NCBI GenBank assembly: GCA_051362555.1 | Contig: CM120641.1 | Location: 47,374,401 to 47,438,400, forward strand | Length of the DNA stretch: 64,000 bases | DNA from: Lingula anatina | Lineage: Eukaryota > Animalia > Brachiopoda | Direction of reading: 5' to 3' | Part shown: one piece after another, positions 23,001 to 34,475 of the stretch | Layout: every line of letters begins with the position of its first letter | Position numbering within the stretch: position 1 is the first letter of the stretch | Program-made: the position numbers and the translations under genes | Notes under the pieces: generated by a model | What the model saw: only the letters and a program-made list of their open reading frames with translations | What the model was told of the DNA's origin: nothing | Database searches by the model: none

Positions 23001-25407
23001 AAAAAATAAATAAAAATGGTGATATGAAAGCCACAGAAATGCTATGTAGTTTTGTAAAGAAAAGGAAAGCATAACTTTAGCGTAGATATGAAATTAAAAA
23101 ATCATAACATTAACCGGATGAACATTTGTCATGTGTTGGTAATATTCCAAAGAAAAATCAAATCATTCTTTTTGTTCTCCAGGGTCTTGGACTTCTGATT
23201 AACTTAGTTGAACACTGTGATATAAACAGAAGATTGCTGATGTCCACAGAGACAGTCAGTTCCTATGATTCCACATCCCAAGCTGGCAGTCTGGAGGCCC
23301 CGGAGGCACTAGTACAGGTCAGTGACACACCACATGGCTCTGAGGATCTCTGCTTTGAGAGAAGTGTTATGTGGATTGTATACAGTTTATTATAAGTTAT
23401 TGGATACTGCAGTTCCTGAAACTGGTAGTTTTAGTTAGAATGAAATGAAAATCACCAGTCTGGGCACTTTGTTGTGTTGTACTCAAATTTGTCTGGTGAA
23501 AATTTAAGATGTAGGACCGATTTTTTTGCCCAATGTATCAACTATCTGGTTGAAATTGATTTGTCTGAAATAGTCCAGTTATTTGGTTGAAGGAAATAAT
23601 GCTAATAATGAATTGGCAGGTGAAATGATGAAAAAGCTCCATATAGAGATAACTTTCCACATAAATCGGTGAATAGTTGAAGCACTGATCAACATTTTCT
23701 GTTATTGGTCATCAGCTAAGGATTGACTACGTTTTACACATTTCCCTAATATGTTTCACTTGTTAATGGTCATTATATCAAATGAAATAACCACCAGTAA
23801 GAGCCTTGTATTGATTTCTGGCCTGTGAGAGTCTATATATAAAGAGCACCTGTTGTGTTATGGTTACAGCTATTCCTGCAGAGAGACGAGGCTGCCAGGA
23901 ATGCTGAGGCACAGGACGAGGAGGAAGCAGATACCTCGGCAGCAGAGGGCACGTCGCAGGAGACAGTGGACAAGAGCGGAGAGTGGAGAGAGTCGGAGTC
24001 TGGCATAGAGTGGGTGGTACTGAATGAAGATGACCCCGCGGCCCTCAGTGACAGTGATGATGAAATGGAGGAGTTGCCCAGCTCACAGGATGAGAATGAC
24101 CCCTTGACCAAAGGTGAGAGGACGTTACAAGGGTGACATTCTTTTACCTACTGTAGTGAAGTGTTTTCTGTTTAAATTAGAGCACATTTCAAATTCTGTT
24201 GAAAACTTCGGATAGTGCCTTCAAAAATTGGAGATTGAATTTGGTACAGTTTCTTTGTTGTGTAACTAGAGGGTATAAAATTTGACATTGCTAAATTTTT
24301 ATTGTCACAGAAAAGGTATCTTGATGTTTAAGATTTATTTATTTATTTTAGCATTGCACAAGGCAGGAAAACACATGGAAGACAGTATAGTAGCATCTTA
24401 TGTGTCCCTACTTATTGGCTGTATCATACAAAATAACAAGGTAAGAGTTGCTACATCCTATGTTTTATGAACATTATAAATAGGTGAACTTAAATGATAT
24501 GATATCATATATTGCCTTGTGTTTTTTTTTTTCCTTGGGTGTCTTCAGCTCACAGTTATTTGCAAAAAAAAAAAAATTTAAGAATTACTCGGAACATGTA
24601 TTATTGCTCCTGACATTTAAGTGGTTCAAGGTACATTTGATGCAATCTATTGCGGTATTTTGATATTAGATTGTTTTTCAAAAAGGAAGAGAGCTTTAAA
24701 AAGTAATTTCCTTTCCAGTCCTACGTGGAGCGCATCCAAAGCTCACTGCCAGAGAACGGATTTGACTCCATGGTGAAACTGTTATATAAGTTCCTAGGAT
24801 TCATGAACCTCACTGTAAGTTTATGTTGTATATTTGACTCCATGGTGAAGCTGTTATATAAGTTCCTAGGATTCATGAACCTCACATTAAGTTTATGCTT
24901 TGTTTGTTCACAAAGACAAATTGTTTATAAATAAATTACCTGTGCGATCAAACAAGATTCAAGGGGCAAAGGTTTAGGTGCCATAACTCTATTTGAACTA
25001 TCTCTTGAAAAAGTGGGGAGAATTATAACCTCTTAGAACAGGAGGAGTTGTTTCTATTAATTAATTTATCTCTGAGGAAATGCTGTTGAAGGCCCATCTG
25101 TGTTTGGGTGATGTAGCAACATGTGATTTGAAATGTATACTTGAATAGATTATCAAAATGTTAGCAGTGTGTGAGCAGTAATGTAGACTCGGACTGTATC
25201 ATAACCTTTTATTTTGCTTTTGACATTGTTGTTGAATTGTGAAACTGTGGAGCACAGGGCATGACATGTGTTATTACTGTTATGTATAGATAGCATTTTG
25301 TGGACTTCCAACATTTATTGAAAAAAATTTTTGTTTTCCAGGAAGCTGTTGGAAACAGCGGTGGTACCTCCATAAAGAAAGTCATCGATATTTTAGAATC
25401 ATGTTGA
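14093..25407 (+). CDS. WAPL: Wings apart-like protein (cohesin release factor), 16 coding exons, about 1168 aa
   Basis: Exons: 14093-15658 (S/T/K-rich disordered N-terminus with KTYTRK and DPYSFD motifs), 16045-16125 (KAVYNPRPW), 16384-16566, 16836-16972 ([14 protein letters not shown]), 17580-17691 ([18 protein letters not shown]), 17993-18232 ([11 protein letters not shown]), 19493-19604 ([21 protein letters not shown]), 20315-20418 (RCLRVLEN), 21016-21092, 21494-21642 ([11 protein letters not shown]), 21909-22024, 23183-23317 ([11 protein letters not shown]), 23870-24113, 24352-24440 ([11 protein letters not shown]), 24719-24814 (FLGFMNLT), 25342-25407 ([11 protein letters not shown]-stop). 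Sum 3507 nt, phases consistent. These motifs are characteristic of the WAPL domain. Confidence 0.96.
18700..18870 (+). repeat. Degenerate fragment of the interior of the 8821-9644 element
   Basis: Shares caggtagaggtggggtaaaca..tctcactcatc.agg...cc.tttgatgaa and aatcaaggtgca with 9070-9260. Confidence 0.55.
19795..19858. repeat. (AAT)n followed by (TTA)n microsatellite
   Basis: Seen directly in a WAPL intron. Confidence 0.8.
21606..21749 (+). repeat. 3 copies of a WAPL exon end plus donor site
   Basis: atactcagggtgctcctgaatataacacatgataatg|gtaagta at 21606, 21659 and 21706. GTs at 21643, 21696 and 21743. Confidence 0.93.
22081..22970. repeat. 25-bp intronic minisatellite, about 35 copies
   Basis: Unit cctgtaccctcatgtatgtcccaga, lying within the WAPL intron 22025-23182. 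Confidence 0.97.
24760..24899 (+). repeat. 2 x 72-bp duplication of a WAPL exon end plus donor site
   Basis: atttgactccatggtgaa.ctgttatataagttcctaggattcatgaacctcac at 24760 and 24832. The second copy reads ttaagt where the first has gtaagt. Confidence 0.93.
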
Positions 25408-26234
25408 GAAGTTCATTCTGATGGCCCCATTCCTCAAGGTCACTATGACAAAGGTCAAGGTCGGCTAACTGGTCAGCAAACTATGCCTTGATTATTTCAA
25501 AGGAGATTTTTCCTGGTTTGCATGAGAAGGACAGCATTTCTGCTAATTTGATTGTCAATATGAGAGTATCGTATTCCTTTTTAAATCCTCATTGCAATTG
25601 TTTGTAACTACCTCAGGACTTTTTTTTTTCAAAGTACATTACCTGAGAACCCACAGGTGAAGGAGTTGACATATTTTTCTTTTTAGCTATGGAATTTAAT
25701 CATTGATTTTTTAAGTAAATGAAAATCCCTTTAACAGGAATATTTACTGGAGGTGTACAGTTAAGAAAATCATTTAGATTAATTCACATTGGTATTTATT
25801 ATTGGAAGAGAGGTGGAAGAAGTCTGTAATTTGAGTTCATTGTTTGCATTTCGACATGCAAACTACATTCAGAATGAGGTACTGTGTTTTGTGTGAGTGT
25901 GAAGAGATGTCTGTACATAGAGACTCCTGTATTGGGAGTAATTTTACATCAGAATAACAGTGTTTAAAGAAAAAAAAACAGTGAAAAAGGATGTATAAAT
26001 GCTTGGTTAAGTAAATTTGATATTATTTAGAAAGAAAATATCTTCCCATCCTCGAGTCCTGAACTATGCATTTAATATTTAAAGTTCATATTCTTTACAA
26101 AATAATACTGGTCCTTCTCTGTGTCAGATAAGTGAGGACATGGACAATGTAGACAGTGAGCCAGGCGATTGTAAGAGATCCTATTTGTTATTGTATTCAA
26201 CTCGATATAATGACAGCATATTTTAGATGTACAC

Positions 26235-26240
26235 AATAAA
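26235..26240 (+). other. Candidate WAPL polyadenylation signal
   Basis: AATAAA about 830 nt after the stop, followed by GT-rich sequence (tgtgtttttcagtgtgtgtt). A second AATAAA lies at 26336. Confidence 0.4.
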
Positions 26241-26551
26241 TATATAATGTATGGTAATGATGTGTTTTTCAGTGTGTGTTCACTTGAAACTTGCCTCTAG
26301 GTTTGTCAGAACATGGTGTCAATACAAATGAAAAGAATAAAAAAACAGGCTTAATTGAACTAGCATTAGGCATTTTACCAAGGGCTTAACTTTTATATTT
26401 GAAAAATCAAGAAATATTTTTCATAAAAGGACTCTTTGTTATCTTGTTTTGCTACTACATTAAACAAGATGCATTTTTCCACCATGTGGCAAGTGTAGCT
26501 CAACTCAAGATTTTGCTCTGATTTCTGATCATTTGCTTGCCTGAATGATAC

Positions 26552-26719
26552 CTGGGCCCCGTAACTCAAAAGCATTGTGCGTTGCGACCAAGTGCAAAGC
26601 ATCTCGATTCCGTAACTCACCCATACTCATCCCATATAATACATTGTAGTCTCTATTTGATATCGCTATTCGCATGATGCACCCATGATTCGCGTGATGC
26701 TTTCGAGTTACGGGCCCAG
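26552..26719. mobile_element. CpG-rich MITE, Harbinger-like
   Basis: TIRs ctgggccccgtaactcaaaagcat / atgctttcgagttacgggcccag with CWG-type ends. Confidence 0.72.
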
Positions 26720-27574
26720 TTCTGGCTTTGATCACTCGCTAGGGCAGAATGTGCCAAATTAGAAAAAATAATGAAGTCACAGAGGAAAGTCAAGTTGTTT
26801 TTTAACAAAAATTGAGCTTGACAGAATTTCCAATTACAAAATAAGGAAAGATGTTCACCAAAAATGTACAGTAGTTACTCAATCTTTTCAATATTATCAG
26901 ACTTCAGATGCATAAATTATAATCACAAAAATTGCACTTAAATATAGCATTTGTGATGCTTTTACTGCATTGAATAGAACTATAGAGTAGCCTTCTTTTC
27001 AATTTTGTTGCTGCCATGTAATTTTAAGAAATAATTACTTTAAAATACAGTATCTGTAAAATTTACAATTTCTCCCCTTGAAAAGATTGAGCAATTACAA
27101 TAAGTGTGGCTTTATAACTATATGCTGGCATATACATCTAATAGTTCTATAATTAAAATATTCAATAATCAATGTTTATGATATGCATATCTTAAAGCTT
27201 CAAATTTATTTCCTAGCTGTAATGGATGAAATGTCTTGATGGGGGTCATTCCATGATATTTTTTCCCCTGTAATATGTTTCATCTCCCTACAAACCTTTT
27301 GGTCATTGCTATTTCTGCTGATGCTCTCTTATGTTGTTGATGCATTTCATGGGATGTGAAAAGGTAAAACCATCTCATGGAGGGGAAGTTTTGTTTTTGG
27401 TGGAAAAAATGTGAAGTGGCTCATAAGTTGTTTAATTGGAATAGCCAATTTTTTTCCTTCTAGTAAAAACGATGTGTGTGTGTGTTTAAATTTATTTTTT
27501 GGTAATTTGACAATTTACAAATATAATATAATATACTTTTTATCATTCAAAATTTTCTCTTCCTTTTAGTGAAG

Positions 27575-27786
27575 ATGTCTGGAGTTCTGGGTACGTTGCA
27601 TTTTCTACTGTAAAAATGATATTTTGTAATCATGTAAGTCTGTCATTTTTTAATTCAAAAAGTTTTACAATATTTGTTTTTTTGACGTCTGAAAAAGAAG
27701 CTAAATTAGAAGGTTGCTTCTGATTGTAAAATGATTTCTATTGTTTTTCTTCCAGACTTGAACAAGGAAGTGAAAAGAAACAGCTG
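27575..27786 (+). CDS. Putative first two coding micro-exons of an unidentified third gene (MSGVLDLNKEVKRNS...)
   Basis: Strong acceptor ttttctcttccttttag, exon 27570-27590 with gaagATG at 27575 and donor gtacgt. Then acceptor ttgtttttcttccag, exon 27756-27786 and donor gtaagt. The two join in frame without a stop. No downstream exon or homology recognised. Confidence 0.45.
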
Positions 27787-27930
27787 GTAAGTTTGAAATT
27801 TATTCTATTCTATTTTCAATTTTTGACAAGGAACTGAAAGGAGATAAATGTTGGTAAGTTTGAAATTTTTCATCTTCTGTTTACAAATTTTGACAAGGAA
27901 GTGAAAGTGGTTAGCTTCTGGCAAGTTTGG
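27756..27930 (+). repeat. 3 x 67-bp degenerate duplication of a putative micro-exon plus donor
   Basis: acaaggaa(g/c)tgaaa ... tg|g(t/c)aagtttg. Donor positions 27787, 27854 and 27921. Confidence 0.8.
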
Positions 27931-30900
27931 TGACTCATTTCTGACCTAAATAGCCAACTGTTGATGTAGAGGGTGCTGCCCCCTGTTGGCAGAATCAGTT
28001 GACAGTAATGAATGATGAAGTGCGGAATTACTTTGAACCACTGATTTCTTTATAATTTGATTAAGCACATCTTATAAATTACTACCTATTAGAGGACAAA
28101 AGAAGGTAGACGGACTTGAGAGAAAAGATTAATTTGACAGCTCTTTTTATGTGATACATAAGCTATGAATTGTAATGGGTTTTTCAGTAAAGCTTGCCTG
28201 GCAGCTTGGTCTCATTCATAACTTGCACTGAATTTATGTTATTACAGCAGTGGAATGTGAGACCTGTCTCTTCCCCTATCATATTTTTATAAATTTCATT
28301 GGGTGTATGCTTAACTCATTTTTTGCTGTTCGACTTTCATAAAACACGGCGCTATTTCCAATTATTAGATTTAAAGGCCAGATGAATTGCTGCTTAAGCC
28401 CTAACGGCCTTCCAACCATTAGATGTGTCATAAATAATAGAACTTAGGATCCATAAAACAGCACAATTGGTAGGTTCTAATATGAGACTTGACATTGTAA
28501 AAGTATTTCATTACAGCCAGTAAATTTATTAGGACTTAAATTGTAAGGCACAAAGCTTTAGGGGCATTAATCATTGCGAGCTCTGTTCTTGGAACCCGCA
28601 CTTTCAACAAGTAAAGTAAAGGGGTGTCAGACTGGATTAGGGTTACAGTTAATTCTTGTTCTACCTTGTAGTTGCTTTTAAAATGATTTGAGATCCTCCG
28701 GGAAATGATAGTAGTTTTCAACCATCTGTGGATGCCCTTGCTGCCAGACTTGGACACTTTGTTTTTAAGACAGGAGGCTTGATGTCATGCGTGTAGGGAA
28801 AGTCGAGGATTGTAACACCAGAAAATTCAAATTGCCTTAACTTGATTATTTGGTGGAAGATGAAAGATGAAGTATTCATATTTTCTCTCAGTGAATTACG
28901 GAAGCTCTCATCTAAGCTCAAAATTAAATCAGACGGGGAATTATTCACTTGCATTTTATCTCTGTGTTTTCCCAAAAATGTCATTTTAGAAAAAAAAAAT
29001 GTCTTGTTTTTCTCTGCTTAATTTGAGATGTTGTTTTAGAGGAGGAATTTTATTCTGTAGAAAGGTGATCAAATTGAAAAGAAAAAAATGTGTAAGTATT
29101 ATTTGACTGACATGAAATGTGGATTTCACTGACATTCTGTATGTGAAGATAAAAAATTGTATATGAAGGTAAAAAATTCCTTTCATGAAATAATTATTTT
29201 CAAATGAAAGAAAGAAGAAAAAAGAAAATTTACTGAATTTTATCCTATTATTTAAAGCAGACTTGTTAGGGCTAATTTAGTAAATGTCACTGTTTTGACT
29301 CTACAGAAGATTTCTCTAGTGTTCTGTCAGGATGTCTGATAATACTATTTACACAATAAAACAACCAAAATATATCAATGTTATTTATAAACATTCAACA
29401 CAAAGAACGTGGTAATTGTGCATATTGTAGGCATGATTGACATAGGATGTACACTGCATTAATGTATCTAGTTTATATAGCCTTGGGTAAAAGAAGCGGG
29501 AGCAGACTGCTGCGGCATATTCTAAATGTTTTGAGGTGGATTTCTTTCACCAGCAGCACAACCAAGTGAAAAGGGGGATATAAAAGAGTAATAAGAATGC
29601 AAGCAGGCCCATAACGTGCCTTTATGACCTCCACCTATCCATCATCTATCAATTATGTCACTAGGTTGTCAGGGAGATGATTGAAAATATTTACCTTGAT
29701 TGTTGAGCAGAGTGATTGATCAGCCCGGCTAGAAAGATCTAAGGACTGAATCGTCTCATGGATGTGAAAATAATAACACATAAACACAAATTGTGGCAAT
29801 TTATTTTGACTGCATGACAGGCAGAAGCAATAAAGATATTGCAAAGTGTGATAGATGGGGGAGCGAAATTGCACAATTTTTTTCTAGAGCAGGGGTAATG
29901 GCTGGGACAGGTGTTTCTGCGGTACTTTTGATCACAGTGCAGAAATTTACACATGTTTTGCATGCGTAAAATCACAGTGGAACCAACGCCTCTTCAGCAT
30001 TCAAAGAATGATGATTTGGTGTGGCTAAAAGCAGTCATTCTTTGATGAATGGTCGGCAAGTGAGACAGAAATTCATCTTGTACTCCACTGTGCCAAATGT
30101 TGCCGAGTATTTGATTAAGGTGAACATTACTTTTAAAGCACTTGGCTTATCACTTAATCCTGGCTGTAATAAATGGCCTGCTCTCCAGACAGAGTTACCA
30201 TCCAACCCATCCACTTTTACCAGCTAGCTGTACCCTGCCTGTACTGTTAATTCTCCTACATTTCATGTAATGACCACCAGGCTAGCACAGACAGTACAGT
30301 TAGATAAGGGGTATTTGTTCATGAGGAAAATAATAGTAACTATTGAGTAACAGTATCAGTATGTGTAATGTGTAGAGTATAGGTGTGGGTGGTGGCGCTG
30401 TGTTATTATCATAAAGGTAACCTGTGTAAGGTATTCAAGACGAGATGTATCAGCTGGTACAAGACTGAAGAATGGCCGGAGGCAGAATTGAGTCATTTAT
30501 TTCCCAGTATCTGTCACCTCCACTCACATACTAGGGCAACAGGTGATGAAAGTGACAGTTTGATACTCCCAAAAGTGGACATTTGTTTTCTCCCAGGGTA
30601 ATAGATCACATACACATCAGAACAAACTGTGGTTACCGTGCCAACATGTGTCATCAGCTCGTCTTGGTACCACGTCCCAGCGCTATTATTGTCACGGTGT
30701 CATTCTTGCCGAGGTTCAATTTGTGATAGGTGAGATAGACAGGGTCGCAGGGGTCACCTGTAATCTGGTGATAGTAGGATGACAAATGACTATGTGTACA
30801 TACAAGATGTCATTCAATCTACCGCAGCTGAAGCGCAAATGACAGATGAGGGCCGCAATCATCTCACAGCAATGTCATGTGTAATAAATCAGGCGGCACC

Positions 30901-33900
30901 TTTGATTTGACAGTCGGTGTGACTCCTTTAACCTGCTTATCAACAATTTATAACATGCAGTGGCACCCAGGGCCTCAGCGAGATATAAAATAGGGGTTTG
31001 ACATGGCACTATTGGCGATCTGTTGTAAATTCTTTCATAAAGAAATATAAAAGGTCGTATAGATCCAAGACACGTGAAGGAAAGATTGCATTTTCTTGAT
31101 TTACTCTGACAGCGCAGTAATTTACATCATCCATTATATTAATTCATAATGCCTTAAAATTAGTGGCTTTTCTTTAGAAGTGATAAGAGGTAATGGGCTG
31201 CATTGTCTATTCTGAGAGATTGTATATGATTGATAGCATTTAACTGCAGACAGAGGAACCTGAGAGGCTGCCTACATGCGATCCTTCAGAAGTTTATGCC
31301 TATCAAATACTTCCGTAATGTTCCGGCTATACATTATTTTATAGTGAGTGATAGCGATTTTATGTGCATCAACTCTTGATGAATATTTTTCATTCTATCT
31401 TATCTTGACATTAAAGTCATATTCATACTCCAGTGAAGTAGTGTTTTTGAAGCTGGTGGCGCCGTGATGCCAGCGAGGCTTTGTCTGGTGACGGCAGCTG
31501 CTTGGTGAGATTTAATGGCGCAGGAAAGCTAGTTACACAAATGGCAAGGAGGGGAATATGGTGCCCTCGAAATGGTTATATCTGCGACACTGTTGTACAG
31601 TAACCATCTGGTGTCATGAAACTGTTTTGATTGAGATTGTTTTCTTGTGTTATAAATGTTAATCAATTTTTTAAAGTCATATCTCCATGTACAATATTTA
31701 TGTTGTGCCATATTGATGGACATGGATGAAAACATGTCTGTGCCAAAATCAGAATAAAAACACCATCCTAAAAAACAAAACAGATAGTAAGACAAGATTG
31801 TTAATGAATTATTGCTGTTAGTAACTAGGTTTCAGTGATGTTTCTGTAAATAAGATAAATATTTATTTGATCTATGTTGTGAACCACATGATATATGTGC
31901 GATCTGCTTGGAGTTTTCCAATTTCATTTACATAAAATAATCAAGAAAAAAAACAAATGTGAAAGGAACCTGTGCCCTAATCACTGTGTTAGCACATTAA
32001 TTTCTAATTCAAGGGCTTTAATTTTACAAATGTCATTTAAATATATTGAGCACACAAGCCATTCCATTGACAAGTGGCTATTTTATGAGGCTGGCTCAAA
32101 GTTTATCTTTCAAATTGCAGGCCCTTGTCAGAGCTGTGTAGTAAATGGGCTTTGAATATCTGTTATCGGGAATGAGCAGCTATATATTATAATTTGATGT
32201 AGGACAAAGGACCATCATCCAGTGTTCCAAATGCCAGAAAAACACACTCCTGTCCCTATTTATTATCTGCTTGCATGATTGGACCATTGCAATCCTTTGA
32301 TATCATGAATGCTGGCCATTTTATTTGTCATTCGGTAGTTTTATGATTATAATTTGTCATTGTTAGTGTTATTTCATTGTCCTATCTATTGGATCCAGAC
32401 AGCCTAGCATAGCACCGCATTTCCCATTAACTGCCGCGAGCCTAGAGGGGCCATTTATAACAGGGCCTGCTTTGCATCAGATAGGGATGACAGGTAAAAT
32501 AATGTGGGGGATCCATTTATTGATAGTCCGACAAATATTTTGACGGATGACTGTGAATATGAAACAAGTCCCCACATGCGAACCTGTGCCTAGGCCATGT
32601 TTGCCAAAGCTCTTGAGAATTAAGCGATATCCTATCTTGTGACTAAAAAAAGATCAAAGTAAGAATGCTCATCTGTGGAAATGCACTGAAATACTTGAGA
32701 GGGAGCTTGAGTATTAAAAGAATGAATGACTGGAAGCTTTGTTAGGACGGAAGTTAACTGTCAGCATAAAGAGGGACTTGGCCATTCTTTTGAATGTAAT
32801 AATTTGCAGTAATTACCTTAAAGATTTTTGACTGGTAGTTTTGAATTAAAAAAATTCCAGGCACAACATCAGTTTAGGTTACTCTGAGAGATGACCTGAC
32901 CCTGCAAGAATACATTCTTTTATTGTAATAGGAGGAAAAGAAAACTAGTTTCACCATGTTTTGTGAAGCAAATGGTTCACACGAAACTATTTCATTTCAA
33001 TTATGGCTGAGTTGTCAAGTAACAGGATATAAATGTAGTTTCTGTATAAGGTGATCTTGTACATTTCTATATGTGGCATGATGAATTTTTTTCAGAATTC
33101 ACCTTAGCATTTTTTTCTCTTCGGTTTTTCTCTTGTTTAGACTGTGCATTTCCTAGAAGAGAGAGTCAGGGGGCGCTGTTTGAGCCTGAACAACAATGAA
33201 ACAAGACAAGGCAATTTGATTATGCTGACATTTGCATGCAGGCAAAGACAAATGGAGCTCCATTATCAACATCTCATGTAATCAGAATTGACTGGAGCTT
33301 GAATTATCTCTTATAATGAATGTGAACGCTAAATGACAGAAGATGTTATTGAATCAACCTGTCACGTGTAATTAGGCCTGCGCCTGGTACTTGGCAAGAA
33401 CGTGTGATATAATGGTATTTAGAACTTGTTGTATTGACTATTGTTAATTTGATAAGAAAGTATTGTCAAGTCGGCAGAAAGTAAGACAGAGCCAGCTGCC
33501 TCATTACCAGTGGACTACTACATACATACACATACACTGTTTACAGCAGTACTCAATATTGGTTCATGATAGACTTGAATCAGCTGGCTCATAAATTGTA
33601 TAGCATTCTGTGTCTATATGGTAGCTGACTTCATCTGTTCAGTTCAAGGTATAAAAAATGGTTGCTACTCCCATCTCTTGTCTCTGTATGAAGTAATGCA
33701 ATATGTTTCTCTTCCAACACACATTTTACTTTTATTTACTTTATAGCTAGGTTTGTGTTTAAGGAAATGGGAATGTCGTCATACAAAAGTGATCACAGAA
33801 AATAATAATAGGGCGCAGAATTTTTTGTACATACAAGGGGATGTTGGAAAATGGTGATGAACTAGTCATGTTCCTTATATCCATGGATATCCAGATATTT

Positions 33901-34405
33901 GAGTCAGTACTTAATGAGAGATTAGTGTGTTTGATCACATAAATTTATGGCACTTCCTGGGTGTATTTATTGTGAGATTTTTTGGTAAAAATTTGAGTTT
34001 GCTGTTTTAAATTCTGGTGTGTTCTACCGGAGGGGCTGCAGGCATTCTCATAAAAATGCCTCGACAAGAAAAATTAAGCAGTGACATGCCAAAGGAAGAT
34101 TAGCGTGAACTGGTGTGGTTTTTAATGTTTTAATGTGATTTGATGACTCTTCGCGAGCTGAATACACTTCCTCTGTATGTCTCTTAACGTTGTACTATTT
34201 TTGTATACCGTCATTGGTGCAAATCATCATTTTCACACACAGGCAAGGTTCTGCTTTTAAGACTCGAGTCATATGAAATATAACATACTGGTAGATATTC
34301 GTCTAAATAGCTTCTCTCTGTATTATTTAATGCCACCCATCCCTCCCCGCCAAAGCAGCATTACCTGGACTAACTTCCCAAACATCATCAGCACCTTTAC
34401 CCCTA

Positions 34406-34475
34406 CTGTGTGTGTGTGCATGTAAATGTGCGTGTGTGTGTGTGTGTATGCGTGCACATGTGCATGCATGTGTGG
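34406..34475. repeat. Imperfect (TG)n/(TGCA) microsatellite
   Basis: Seen directly. Confidence 0.75.

Noticed and set aside
22057-23074. Cys/Pro-rich 300-aa ORFs
   Set aside because: They are translations of a 25-bp minisatellite in several frames inside a WAPL intron.
25434-25463. Clustered AAGGTCA nuclear-receptor half sites in the WAPL 3' UTR
   Set aside because: Short motifs with no supporting evidence.
26529-26735. CpG-rich patch as promoter or small gene
   Set aside because: Explained by a MITE with clear TIRs at 26552-26719.
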